A DNA stretch of 64,000 bases from Bacteroidaceae bacterium. GTDB taxonomy: Bacteria > Bacteroidota > Bacteroidia > Bacteroidales > Bacteroidaceae. Under the pieces are notes generated by a model. The model ran no database searches and was not told the origin of the DNA. It saw only the letters and a program-made list of their open reading frames with translations. This document shows positions 33,768 through 43,865 of this stretch, piece after piece (within the stretch, counting starts at the first letter, position 1; every line of letters begins with the position of its first letter). The translations under genes and the position numbers were made by a program. The stretch covers positions 9,405 to 73,404 of the forward strand of contig JAFSAT010000046.1 in the NCBI GenBank assembly GCA_017442185.1, read 5' to 3'.

Positions 33768-34388
33768 ATGAGACTTATACGTAATTTTATATGTGCGGTG
33801 ATTCTTATTGCCGCAATGGGATTGCCCTCGCAGAGCAAAGCGCAAATCTCTCTTGACACTTATTATAACATTGATTGGCAGTTTAATATACCTTTGAGCA
33901 ACGACTTCTCAAACGGTGCCAGCGGATGGGGTATGAACTTTGAGGGAGGCTACTATGTTACACCCGACATTGCAATAGGTGCTTTTCTTAATTTTCACAC
34001 TAACAACGAATATTTCTCAAGACGCACCATAAGCCTGAGCGAGACATTATCCATGAACAGCGACCAACAGCATCAGATGTTCACAATGCCTTTCGGATTA
34101 TTGGCACGTTATCGCTTCCAAGAGGCCGATTTTCAGCCATATATGTCGCTTAAGCTGGGTGCTTGCTATGCGCAATTCAGCAATTACTATTATATATTTA
34201 TGAGTGACCAAAACAGATGGGGATTCTATATGTCGCCCGAAATAGGATTTAATTGGTATCCTTGGGCCAACGGAATGGGCTTTCATCTGGCAATATATTA
34301 TAGTTTTGCAACTAATAAGTGCAGCATAATGAGCTACGATCAAAGTGTTCTTAACAACATTGGTTTCAGAGTGGGTCTTGCATTCTGA
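33768..34388 (+). CDS. Small outer-membrane beta-barrel protein (OmpW/OmpA-beta-barrel-like)
   Basis: 206 aa. Signal peptide ending SKAQ. Alternating hydrophobic pattern. C-terminal GFRVGLAF with a terminal Phe, typical of OMPs. Confidence 0.72.
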   Translation: MRLIRNFICAVILIAAMGLPSQSKAQISLDTYYNIDWQFNIPLSNDFSNGASGWGMNFEGGYYVTPDIAIGAFLNFHTNNEYFSRRTISLSETLSMNSDQQHQMFTMPFGLLARYRFQEADFQPYMSLKLGACYAQFSNYYYIFMSDQNRWGFYMSPEIGFNWYPWANGMGFHLAIYYSFATNKCSIMSYDQSVLNNIGFRVGLAF

Positions 34389-34399
34389 TAATGATAAAT

Positions 34400-34447
34400 A
34401 AAAAAACCGAGCGAGTGTATGCGTTATATACACTCGCTCGGTTTTTT
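34400..34447. terminator. Bidirectional terminator (14-bp stem, A-run/T-run)
   Basis: aaaaaaa-ccgagcgagtgtat-gcgttat-atacactcgctcgg-tttttt, between convergent genes. Confidence 0.7.
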
Positions 34448-34465
34448 ATTATGTGGATTCTTTGT

Positions 34466-37279
34466 TTATTCGGGTATCATGCTCACCTCTATCATATTAC
34501 CTTGTGCGAGTATGAAGCGGATAAAATTCTTTATATCCTCTTTGGTGATGCTATTTACGAGATTGGTGTATCCGGTATAAACATCTTCTCCATCAAAATA
34601 GTAACGATAGAGCCAATGGCTCCATGAGCCATTCTCTTTAAGCGACTCATCGAATGAACGTAGCATGTAGCTGCGCACTTTTTCGATGTGCTCATCGCGT
34701 GGCCCGTCTTCGGCTATTTTATTAAATTCTTGAATTATAATGCCTGCAAGTTCTTCGCGACGTTCGGGTGCCATATTAAAGGAGATGCTGATTTGAAATT
34801 CTCCTTCAGGATATTTGTTAACAGAGCCGCCCACACTCACGCCATAGGTTCCGCCTCTTTTTTCGCGTACCTCTTCGGTATACACCATATTCAGTATTTG
34901 TGTAAGATAGCTCATCAAAAGACCGTTCTTTTGTGTTGCATCAATCTCACCCGAGAATATGATTACTTCGGTGCCTGTGGGTGTTTCCATTTTATTTCGG
35001 AAATTATTGCGGTAGATACCTTTGCGAATCTCCACTCCATCGTCAAGAATCTCTTCGATACGACCGGCTGCGGGCAGTCCGCCAATATATCGCTCTACAT
35101 AAGGTTTTAGTGTGGCAAGGTCGGTGTTGCCAACTATAACAAAGACAAAATCGCTTGCATCGCAGGTGCGGTCGCGATACATCTCCATCACTCGGTCGTA
35201 GTCTATGCTGTCGACATCTGAGGCAAGCACCACTTTTGAACGGGGATGATTGTTATAGAGTGCTACTTTCATTGTATCGGAAAGTGCTGTGTTTGGGTCG
35301 AGATTTCTATCTTTGAGTGAATTGCGCACACGGGTGGTAAAACTTTCGTATGCGGCCATGTCTTTGCGTGGTGATGTAAATTGCAAATACATCAATTGGA
35401 ACATTTTTTCAATGTCTTTGGATGAGCATCCGGCTTCCACTCTATCGTGTATGCCTGTTGCCCACACTCGCGACGTGGCTGTGCTGCCTGCAAGTTTCTT
35501 ACTCAGTTCTATTGCATCGAATGAGCCGACGCCTCCCATTGGAACAAGGCTGTTCATGAAGGCTATATTCAGGCGATCGCTATCGGGATAGCGATTTGTT
35601 CCTCCTTTGCTGTATCCGGATACTGTTATATTGTCGGCGCTGAAGTCTGTGGGTTTTACTACTACTTTTATCCCATTTGAGAGTGTCCACACGGTTGAAC
35701 CCCACACACCCTCTTCGGTATTTACTATTTTTCCGCCTTCGGGTATTTGTGCAAGCAGTGGTTCGTCGCTGGCTTGGTCGACATAGGCTTCGACTTGCAT
35801 TTGCGGCATCATTTTCAGAAGCATTTCTATGTCGTTCTTTCCGGGATATTGTGCATCTTCTTTCTCTGGGGCGTATGATATTGCCACTCGATTTTCATCT
35901 GTTATAAGAGTGGGGAGTATTTTGTTTACTTCGTCCAATGTGACGGATGCGTATATCTCTTTTGAGAGTTTATACTCGTCGTCGGCAGACATCAGGGAGG
36001 TGTTATCGAGAAAATGTCGCACGCAATCGTTAACGTAGTAGTTATTGTCGCGTTTGGTGCGCTCGGTGTACCAATTCTCAATGCCTGCAATATTATCGGC
36101 CAACAATCGTTCGAGTTCTGTTTGTGTGAATCCGTAGCGACGGGCACGCTCCACTTCGATGAACACTGCGGGTATTGCCTCTAATATCTGTTCGGGTTTG
36201 CATGTTACTGCAATGGTAAAGGCGCTCTTGGTGGATGCAAGCACGTAGTTGCCGTAACCTACACCTGCGGATAGGTAGGGGGTGACATCTTTAGTCATCT
36301 TCTCTTGAATACGGCGATTCAAAAGCCCTGTGGCCAATCGTCGTACGATTGTGCGGCGATAATGTTCGCGGGTGTTCATCTCGGCGCGTGTGGGTGCCTG
36401 ATGCTTGAACATCATTTGCAGGCTGTAATTCTGCTGTTCTTTGTCGGTTGCCTGAGCAAATATCATCTCTTTGTTGTCGTCTACCGGGTAGTAGATGCGC
36501 TCTGCTCCGTTTTTTACTCTCTTTATCTTTGAGAAGATTTTTTTTATCTTCTTCTCCATTTGGTCTACGTCGATATCTCCTACAATGACAATTCCTTGCA
36601 GGTCGGGACGGTACCATTTCTCGTAGTAGTCGCGCAGTGCCTGATAGGGGAAACTGTCTACGACGGACATAAGTCCTATCGGCAGGCGTTTTCCGTAGCG
36701 ACTGTCGGGGAATACTATCGGCAATATCTGCTCGGTCATTCTCATGTTTGCGCTGGTACGCTGACGCCACTCTTCGTGTATCACTCCGCGCTCTTTGTCA
36801 ATCTCTGTCTCTTCGAGCAAAAGTCCGTCGGCCCAATCGTGAAGAATCCACAGGCATGAATCTATGGCTCCTTCTTTGGTAACGGGAACATTGTTTATGT
36901 TATATACTGTTTCGTCTATTGCAGTGTAGGCATTAAGGTCGGCTCCGAACTTCACTCCTATGCTTTCGAGATAGTTTCGGAGTGCGTTGCCGGGAAACTT
37001 ATCGGTTCCGTTGAAACACATGTGTTCAAGGAAGTGGGCAAGGCCGCGCTGGTGTTCCTCTTCTTGTATGGAACCCACTTTCTGTGCTATATAGAAATCG
37101 GCTTTATTTTCGGGCTTTGCATTGTGACGAATGTAATAGGTAAGTCCGTTCTTCAATCGACCAATCCTTACAGCTGTGTCTATTGGAAGAGTGGTTGCAT
37201 TTTCACTCTGCGCCACCGACGGAATGGTAATTAACAGGGCTAAAAGCAATAATATTGCTGCTTTTGATTTTAAATTCAT
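34466..37279 (-). CDS. M16 (pitrilysin/insulinase) family zinc peptidase, secreted, fused two-half form
   Basis: 937 aa. Signal peptide. Inverted zinc motif HFLEHMCFNGT (HxxEH). Paralogue of 57507..60302. Confidence 0.92.
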   Translation of the reverse strand: MNLKSKAAILLLLALLITIPSVAQSENATTLPIDTAVRIGRLKNGLTYYIRHNAKPENKADFYIAQKVGSIQEEEHQRGLAHFLEHMCFNGTDKFPGNALRNYLESIGVKFGADLNAYTAIDETVYNINNVPVTKEGAIDSCLWILHDWADGLLLEETEIDKERGVIHEEWRQRTSANMRMTEQILPIVFPDSRYGKRLPIGLMSVVDSFPYQALRDYYEKWYRPDLQGIVIVGDIDVDQMEKKIKKIFSKIKRVKNGAERIYYPVDDNKEMIFAQATDKEQQNYSLQMMFKHQAPTRAEMNTREHYRRTIVRRLATGLLNRRIQEKMTKDVTPYLSAGVGYGNYVLASTKSAFTIAVTCKPEQILEAIPAVFIEVERARRYGFTQTELERLLADNIAGIENWYTERTKRDNNYYVNDCVRHFLDNTSLMSADDEYKLSKEIYASVTLDEVNKILPTLITDENRVAISYAPEKEDAQYPGKNDIEMLLKMMPQMQVEAYVDQASDEPLLAQIPEGGKIVNTEEGVWGSTVWTLSNGIKVVVKPTDFSADNITVSGYSKGGTNRYPDSDRLNIAFMNSLVPMGGVGSFDAIELSKKLAGSTATSRVWATGIHDRVEAGCSSKDIEKMFQLMYLQFTSPRKDMAAYESFTTRVRNSLKDRNLDPNTALSDTMKVALYNNHPRSKVVLASDVDSIDYDRVMEMYRDRTCDASDFVFVIVGNTDLATLKPYVERYIGGLPAAGRIEEILDDGVEIRKGIYRNNFRNKMETPTGTEVIIFSGEIDATQKNGLLMSYLTQILNMVYTEEVREKRGGTYGVSVGGSVNKYPEGEFQISISFNMAPERREELAGIIIQEFNKIAEDGPRDEHIEKVRSYMLRSFDESLKENGSWSHWLYRYYFDGEDVYTGYTNLVNSITKEDIKNFIRFILAQGNMIEVSMIPE

Positions 37280-37291
37280 TTTTTTAAACGG

Positions 37292-38890
37292 TTATTTAAT
37301 GGTTATTTTATATTTTTTCCCTTTTGATGATAGGATGTATATACCGGGGGAGAGATTTATATCTGTGCTTCCGTTGAGGGTTAATTTGCGACAGAGTGTT
37401 CCTTTTGCATTATATATGTGCACGCTCTCGCAATCTCCTTTAAGGGTCAGTATTCCTTTTCCTTTATGTGTGTCGAATGTAAGAGTACCGGAGGAGATAT
37501 TCTCGACCGTTGTCTCCTCTATAAAATAGGCATATAGTTCGGTATCATGCTCTACCTTGATAATTGTGTCAGTGGCATAAGAATATGGAAGTTCCAATGC
37601 GCCGTCATAAATTGCCCAATGGGAAAATTCATAGCCTTGGTGCGCGGTTGCCTGCAAAAGAAGTTCGGTACCTTGTGTGGCTGTAACCGACGATGCGCCG
37701 TTTACGGTTGCCGTTCCGCCTTCTGAGGCTGCCACAGTTACGGTGTACTCTGTCTGTTCTTCGTTTTTTATCGGACGCAGATTAAAATAGGCTTGATGAC
37801 TATCGGTTTTGCTGCTGTAATCATCGCCTGTCGAGGGTTTCATATCGGTGAGAAGATACCAACCGTTTCCGTTTCCGTTCCATCCCCAATTGAAGTGATA
37901 ATATCCTGCGTCGGTATATCCGTCTATTACGAAAATGTGTTTGGAGTCGCCTGTTCCTGCATTTGTTGCTGCATAGGGTACGGGGCAATTATTATCGAGA
38001 CTCGAACGTAACATTGTTATCCAATTCTCGTCGCTGTAATTCCACCGTTGCGCTTTTTCGACCTCTTCGTATCCCCAATGAAGATTCAGTCGGTAGCTGT
38101 TATGATTGCCTCCTGTGCCGCCTGGTGACCAATTGAGCATATAGGCATGTCCGAGATGCATCATTAATGCAGACACTTCGTCGGCCTGCTCACTTGTATA
38201 TCGCCCCGAGAGGTATTCCAAAGGCATATTATCCCAATTATAGGCATGTTGCGTTATATCTATCTTTTCGCCTGTATACATATTATAAATGGCTTTAACA
38301 CCATACTCGGGCCATTTGTGATAGCGCATTATTATGGCAAATGCCGTAGCTATGCAGCCTGTTAGGGCTTTGCTGCCATTGGGCATTATGCACTGATTGT
38401 TGTAGGGTTGTCCCTGCCCCCATTTTGCTGTTTCCATCTGCACAATTATGTTACCTATGTCTGCCGATGAGTCGGCACGTGTGGGGAGCGATGCCGCACG
38501 CATTGCACGTATATCGGTGTCGATGCTTTTAAGGTAATCAAACATGCCTTGGGGCATATCGTCAATTAATGAGACATTACCCTCGGTGGAATATCCTATT
38601 ATTGGTTGAACAGCATCATCGCCCGATACTATAACGAATCCGTCCCCACCTGAAATAGCAAAATAATAGAACGTGGGAACTGTTTGTTCGTTACCTGAAA
38701 GTTCGTTGCTGTCCCACTGAAATATGGGGGTGCATGCAACTGCGCTGCGGGTGGCAATGCCGTTGCGCATTAAAAATGCCGATGCTATACTTTTTGCTCG
38801 GCCGAGGTCGATGGATTCTGCACAAACCGGAGAGCATAAAATCGTCATGATGGCAATCATGAGATTTGTTTTAAGTTTAGTAATGTTCAT
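37292..38890 (-). CDS. C10 (streptopain/SpeB-like) cysteine peptidase with a B-repeat-like domain and a T9SS C-terminal sorting domain
   Basis: Pro-region DLGRAKSIASAFL. Catalytic Cys context LTGCIATAFAIIMRYHKWP. His context HIFVIDGY. FNWGWNGNGNGWY is present. The C-terminal about 80 aa end in IYILSSKGKKYKITIK, which is CTD-like. I set the start at MNITKLKTN (signal peptide), not the listed 38947. Confidence 0.87.
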   Translation of the reverse strand: MNITKLKTNLMIAIMTILCSPVCAESIDLGRAKSIASAFLMRNGIATRSAVACTPIFQWDSNELSGNEQTVPTFYYFAISGGDGFVIVSGDDAVQPIIGYSTEGNVSLIDDMPQGMFDYLKSIDTDIRAMRAASLPTRADSSADIGNIIVQMETAKWGQGQPYNNQCIMPNGSKALTGCIATAFAIIMRYHKWPEYGVKAIYNMYTGEKIDITQHAYNWDNMPLEYLSGRYTSEQADEVSALMMHLGHAYMLNWSPGGTGGNHNSYRLNLHWGYEEVEKAQRWNYSDENWITMLRSSLDNNCPVPYAATNAGTGDSKHIFVIDGYTDAGYYHFNWGWNGNGNGWYLLTDMKPSTGDDYSSKTDSHQAYFNLRPIKNEEQTEYTVTVAASEGGTATVNGASSVTATQGTELLLQATAHQGYEFSHWAIYDGALELPYSYATDTIIKVEHDTELYAYFIEETTVENISSGTLTFDTHKGKGILTLKGDCESVHIYNAKGTLCRKLTLNGSTDINLSPGIYILSSKGKKYKITIK

Positions 38891-38919
38891 AATAGCAAAT
38901 ATCTGTATAAGAGAAAAAA

Positions 38920-39957
38920 TCAATCCTTTTCTTTGTCGCCGCGCCATGGCAAGGGTGGCAATGGGGGCAAGGGTGGCAGCGTGGGAAAGTCACTTACTGT
39001 CGGCAACGAGCTTCGCATAAGCTCGACAATTTGTTTATATATCGGCACGGGTGCACTTGTTCCGTCCCACGAGGGAGAAGCCAGCACATTGAGCCCCGAT
39101 GGCACAATTTCAATAAAAAGCTCTGCTTCCATCATGGCCGGTTCTCCATCGAAATGCACCACCCCATCGTTTTTGCGTTTTATCCTTATCCATCGGGTTT
39201 CGAGTGTCTTTACATGAGAATTGCTGTTAATTCTGTGCCCGAACACATGTCCGAGCACTATTGGCACATCAAGGGATGAGAATGGTTCGAGAATTGTGAC
39301 ACTTAAGAGGCCGTCGCGCATGGAGGCTCGCGGAGCTATATACGCATTGTTTCCATATTGTGCGGCATTGCCGCAAGCTATCAAAAAGGCTTTATACTTT
39401 TCGGTATGTGTCTCTGTTTCAACCTCATACACCTCGGGCTTATAATTCAGCCAGTCGACCAGCATATTTTGCATATAGCCCAAAGGGCCACGGTGTTTGC
39501 TGTTGGCAAAATTACTGCTGACAAGTGCATCGAAGCCTATGCCGCATGTGCAAAAGAAGTGTCGCCCGTTTATCTTGCCATAGTCGACACTCACCGACTG
39601 CGCGGTATTTATAAATTCAACAGCCCTTTTCAAATCCATAGGCACTCCCAAATGACGCGCCATTCCGTTTCCCGAACCGCACGGCAATATTCCGAGTGAA
39701 CAGCCCGACCCTACAATGGCACGTGCAACTTCGTTCACCGTACCATCACCGCCCACTGCAACAACCGCATACACACCCTGAGAGACAGCTTCGCGTGCAA
39801 GTTCACTTGCATGACCCACATACTCTGTCTCTTTGATGGAGAAATTGATGCTGCTCCTGTCTATCCCACTTTCAATGAGCTTGGGCAAAGAGCGCTTTCC
39901 ATGCACACCCGATTTTGGATTGATTATAAAAAGTATGTCTTTCTTATTATTGTCCAC
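38920..39957 (-). CDS. Diacylglycerol-kinase-family lipid kinase (YegS/BmrU-like) with a Pro/Leu-repeat C-terminal tail
   Basis: Motifs IINPKSG and VAVGGDGTVNE. I favour the GTG start at 39957 (VDNNKKDILFIINP) because an exact -7 box lies at 39985-39992, inside the longer listed ORF (to 40101). Confidence 0.8.
   Translation of the reverse strand: MDNNKKDILFIINPKSGVHGKRSLPKLIESGIDRSSINFSIKETEYVGHASELAREAVSQGVYAVVAVGGDGTVNEVARAIVGSGCSLGILPCGSGNGMARHLGVPMDLKRAVEFINTAQSVSVDYGKINGRHFFCTCGIGFDALVSSNFANSKHRGPLGYMQNMLVDWLNYKPEVYEVETETHTEKYKAFLIACGNAAQYGNNAYIAPRASMRDGLLSVTILEPFSSLDVPIVLGHVFGHRINSNSHVKTLETRWIRIKRKNDGVVHFDGEPAMMEAELFIEIVPSGLNVLASPSWDGTSAPVPIYKQIVELMRSSLPTVSDFPTLPPLPPLPPLPWRGDKEKD
38950..38985 (-). 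repeat. 9-nt in-frame tandem repeat (4 units) encoding (LPP)n
   Basis: Plus-strand units are caagggtgg / caatggggg / caagggtgg / cagcgtggg. They translate on the minus strand as TLPPLPPLPPLP. Confidence 0.7.
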
Positions 39958-39984
39958 GTTCTTGTTACATCCATTATGATAATG

Positions 39985-39992
39985 CAAAAATA
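39985..39992 (-). promoter_or_regulatory. -7 box (TATTTTTG on the minus strand) for the lipid kinase - C10 - M16 unit
   Basis: Exact TAnnTTTG 28 nt upstream of the proposed GTG start. Confidence 0.4.
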
Positions 39993-40207
39993 GTACTTTT
40001 AGACGACAAGAATCATTTAAGCAGATACAAATATCATTCTTAACATTAAATTTTATAAAATTATAACCTTTGTAGGCCCAAATAATTCCGTTAATCGGCA
40101 AAATTCACTATCTTCGCAAATTATTTTTCGCCTTATAACACACAAAAGGTATTCTGAGACGTTCAATATAACACATAGAGTAAAAGAGTATAACAAAAAC
40201 AACAAAT

Positions 40208-42655
40208 ATGTTCAAAGAGAACAACAACGAAACAAGCGGCAGTATATCCGTTATTGCCGAACTTGAGAATAACGATAAATATCTGATAGAAAAAGACGAA
40301 GAACGCAGTATGCCCATATTGCCATTGCGCAATATGTTTCTGTTCCCATCGGCAATACTATCGGTGTCAGTGGGTCGCAACAGTTCACTGCGCCTTGTGC
40401 ACAGCGTGGCAAAGTCAAAAGAGATGATAGGAGTATTTTGTCAACTGAAGGCGGACACAGAAAAACCGCAACAGGAAGACTTGTACCCCATAGGCACATC
40501 CGCAAGAATTTTAAGAGTGTTTGAAATGCCCGATGACTCTACCACCATAGTGCTTCAAGGTATCGAGCGTATAAATCTTGAAAGTATAGAAAGGGAGTCG
40601 CCCTACATAACAGGTAAAGTATCGGCACGCAACGACATCATGCCCAAGAGCGACGACACAGAATACACAACTCTGATAAATTCATTGCGCGACGATGCAA
40701 TACAGCTTTTCCGCATTGCATCCGACCAACACAACGAGGCAGCACTTGCAATCAAGAACATCGAAGATAATGTTATCTTTGCAAACTTCCTGTGCGCAAA
40801 CCTTAAATGCAACGTAATCGAGAAATATAAACTTCTGAGCGAAGATATATTCATGGAACGCCTTTACCATTTGGCAACCATTGTTTATCACGAGCTTGAA
40901 CTTGCACGCCTCACCCAACATATACAACAACGCACACATGCCGAGCTCGACCAGCAGCAACGTGAATACTTCTTGCAACAACAAATAAAAAACATACAAG
41001 AAGAGCTTGGAAGTGGCAGCGTACAAGGAGAAGATATTGAAGAATTAACAAAAAAGGCAGACGAAAAAAAGTGGAGCAGCACAGTGCGCAACATCTTTGA
41101 CAAAGAGATAGCCAAGCTCGAGCGCATAAATCCGCAAACCCCCGACTATCACGTGCAGCTCAACTATCTGCAAACATTCGTAAGTCTGCCTTGGGGCGAG
41201 TGCACATGCGACAATCTCGACATGAAAAACGCTCGAAAAATATTAGACCGCGACCACTACGGATTAGACAAAGTAAAAGAGCGCATATTGGAACACCTCG
41301 CAGTGATAAAGATGCGCGGCGACTTGAAATCACCCATAATATGCCTCTACGGCCCTCCGGGAGTAGGCAAAACCTCATTGGGAAAATCAATAGCCGAAGC
41401 ACTCAAGCGCAAATATGTACGCATGTCGTTAGGAGGTGTGCACGACGAGTCGGAGATACGCGGACATCGCAAAACCTACATAGGAGCAATGCCCGGACGC
41501 ATTATAAAGAATCTTATAAAGGCCGGCTCCGACAATCCGGTGTTTATACTCGACGAGATAGACAAGGTGGGAGGAAGTTCTGTGCATGGCGACCCATCAT
41601 CGGCACTGCTGGAGGTTCTCGACCCGGAGCAAAACAACACATTCCACGATAACTTCCTCGACATAGATTACGACCTGTCGAAAGTAATGTTCATTGCCAC
41701 GGCCAACGACCTTGCAGGCATTCCCGCACCCCTGCTCGACAGAATGGAGCTGATAGAGGTGAGCGGCTACCTCACAGAAGAAAAAGTGGAGATAGCACGT
41801 CGCCACCTTGTGCACAAAGAGATGGAAAATAACGGCATCGCCGACGAAAAAATTACCATAAGAAAAAACACCATCGAGAGAATCATAGAAGATTACACCC
41901 GCGAATCGGGAGTGCGTACACTCGAAAAAAAGATTGGTAAAATATTCAGAAAGCTCGCATGTCAAAAAGCCACCGACGGGGAAATATCCCTCACCACTGT
42001 TAAACCCGAAGATTTAAAAAGCCTGTTGGGGCCAAAAGAATACTCGCGCGACAAATATCAGAATAACGACTATGCCGGCGTGGTGGTAGGTCTTGCATGG
42101 ACAGCAGTAGGCGGAGAAATACTCTACATTGAAACAAGTCTAAGCCGCGGTAAAGGCGAGAGTATCACCCTTACCGGTAATTTGGGCGATGTGATGAAAG
42201 AGTCGGCAATGTTGGCACTCGAATATATAAAATCACATGCCGGACAAATAGGTATCCCCTACGAGATATTTGAACATTGGAACGTACACCTGCACGTACC
42301 CGAAGGAGCAATTCCCAAAGACGGGCCATCGGCAGGTATCACAATGACAACTGCATTGGCATCGGCATTCACGCAGCGCAAAGTAAAACCCAATCTTGCA
42401 ATGACAGGAGAAATAACACTGCGCGGAAAAGTGCTGCCCGTAGGTGGCATAAAAGAGAAAATCCTGGCAGCAAAGCGTGCCGGAATAAAAGAGATAATAC
42501 TATGTTCAGAGAACAGTCGCGACATAGAAGTAATACCGCAAGACTATTTTAACGGACTGACATTCCATTATGTCGACGACATAAAAGAGGTACTCTCGAT
42601 AGCACTGCTCGACGAGAAAGTGAAACATCCGCTTAATTTTACGACAGAACAATAA
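40208..42655 (+). CDS. lon: ATP-dependent Lon protease (LonA)
   Basis: 815 aa. LON N-domain. Walker [10 protein letters not shown]. Catalytic Ser context [10 protein letters not shown], with a downstream Lys. Confidence 0.96.
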   Translation: MFKENNNETSGSISVIAELENNDKYLIEKDEERSMPILPLRNMFLFPSAILSVSVGRNSSLRLVHSVAKSKEMIGVFCQLKADTEKPQQEDLYPIGTSARILRVFEMPDDSTTIVLQGIERINLESIERESPYITGKVSARNDIMPKSDDTEYTTLINSLRDDAIQLFRIASDQHNEAALAIKNIEDNVIFANFLCANLKCNVIEKYKLLSEDIFMERLYHLATIVYHELELARLTQHIQQRTHAELDQQQREYFLQQQIKNIQEELGSGSVQGEDIEELTKKADEKKWSSTVRNIFDKEIAKLERINPQTPDYHVQLNYLQTFVSLPWGECTCDNLDMKNARKILDRDHYGLDKVKERILEHLAVIKMRGDLKSPIICLYGPPGVGKTSLGKSIAEALKRKYVRMSLGGVHDESEIRGHRKTYIGAMPGRIIKNLIKAGSDNPVFILDEIDKVGGSSVHGDPSSALLEVLDPEQNNTFHDNFLDIDYDLSKVMFIATANDLAGIPAPLLDRMELIEVSGYLTEEKVEIARRHLVHKEMENNGIADEKITIRKNTIERIIEDYTRESGVRTLEKKIGKIFRKLACQKATDGEISLTTVKPEDLKSLLGPKEYSRDKYQNNDYAGVVVGLAWTAVGGEILYIETSLSRGKGESITLTGNLGDVMKESAMLALEYIKSHAGQIGIPYEIFEHWNVHLHVPEGAIPKDGPSAGITMTTALASAFTQRKVKPNLAMTGEITLRGKVLPVGGIKEKILAAKRAGIKEIILCSENSRDIEVIPQDYFNGLTFHYVDDIKEVLSIALLDEKVKHPLNFTTEQ

Positions 42656-42675
42656 TCACACAAAAAACAACTAAG

Positions 42676-43806
42676 GTGAAGTTCGACCTTCTACATACCG
42701 ACACAAACAGCAAAGCCCGCGCAGGAGTGTTACACACTGCGCACGGCAAGATAGAAACCCCGATATTCATGCCCGTCGGCACAGTGGGTTCGGTGAAAGC
42801 CGTGCAAATACCCGACCTTGCAAACGACATAAAGGCACAGATAATACTCGGTAACACATACCATCTGTATCTGCGCCCCGGGCTCGAAGTGCTCGAAGGC
42901 GCCGGCGGCCTTCATAAATTCAACAGTTGGAACCGCCCCATACTAACCGACAGCGGAGGTTTCCAGGTATTTTCACTCAAAGATATACGCAAGATGAGCG
43001 AAGAAGGTGTTGAATTTCGCTCACACATAGACGGTTCCAAACACTTCTTCTCGCCCGAACGTGTGATGGACATTGAACGCAGCATAGGAGCCGACATAAT
43101 AATGGCTTTCGACGAATGTCCGCCCGGAACATCCGACTACAACTATGCAAAAAAATCAATGGAGCTGACACACCGTTGGCTCGACCGTTGCATAGCACGC
43201 CTGTCCGAGACAGAGCCCAAATATGGCTACGAACAGGCACTATTCCCAATTGTGCAAGGATGCGTATACCCCGACCTGCGACGCCGTTCGGCCGAATATA
43301 TCGCCTCTAAGAATTGTGACGGTAACGCCATCGGAGGACTCGCCGTGGGAGAGCCGGCCGAAAAAATGTACGAAATGATAGAAGTGGTAAACGAGATACT
43401 CCCAACCGACAAACCACGCTACTTGATGGGGGTAGGCACACCGGCAAACATACTCGAAGGAATAGAACGCGGAATAGATATGTTCGACTGCGTGATGCCC
43501 ACACGCAACGGCCGCAACGCAATGCTCTTCACCAAACACGGAATAATGAACATGCGCAACGAGAAGTGGAAACACGACTTCTCGCCAATAGAAGAAGACG
43601 GCGCATCATACGTCGACAGGCTATACAGCCGTGCCTATCTGCGCCATCTGTTTATAGCACAAGAGTATCTTGCATTGCAGATAGCATCGGTACATAACCT
43701 TGCATTCTACGTATGGCTCACACAAGAAGCCCGTAAACATATTCTCGATGACAACTACGCCGAGTGGAAAAAACAAATGATAAAGCAAGTGACTCAACGA
43801 CTATAA
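42676..43806 (+). CDS. tgt: tRNA-guanine(34) transglycosylase (queuine/preQ1 tRNA-ribosyltransferase)
   Basis: 376 aa with a GTG start. Motifs LTDSGGFQVFSL, GLAVGE and FDCVMPTRNGRN. Confidence 0.96.
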   Translation: MKFDLLHTDTNSKARAGVLHTAHGKIETPIFMPVGTVGSVKAVQIPDLANDIKAQIILGNTYHLYLRPGLEVLEGAGGLHKFNSWNRPILTDSGGFQVFSLKDIRKMSEEGVEFRSHIDGSKHFFSPERVMDIERSIGADIIMAFDECPPGTSDYNYAKKSMELTHRWLDRCIARLSETEPKYGYEQALFPIVQGCVYPDLRRRSAEYIASKNCDGNAIGGLAVGEPAEKMYEMIEVVNEILPTDKPRYLMGVGTPANILEGIERGIDMFDCVMPTRNGRNAMLFTKHGIMNMRNEKWKHDFSPIEEDGASYVDRLYSRAYLRHLFIAQEYLALQIASVHNLAFYVWLTQEARKHILDDNYAEWKKQMIKQVTQRL

Positions 43807-43865
43807 ACAAAGATTATCCAACATAAAAGACAGGTGATAAAAACAGCTTCCAAATTAACAAGACA

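Noticed and set aside
40102-40207. TATCTTCG near 40113, considered as the lon promoter.
   Set aside because: It has one mismatch to TAnnTTTG in the invariant TTTG, so it is too weak to list as a feature without TSS data.
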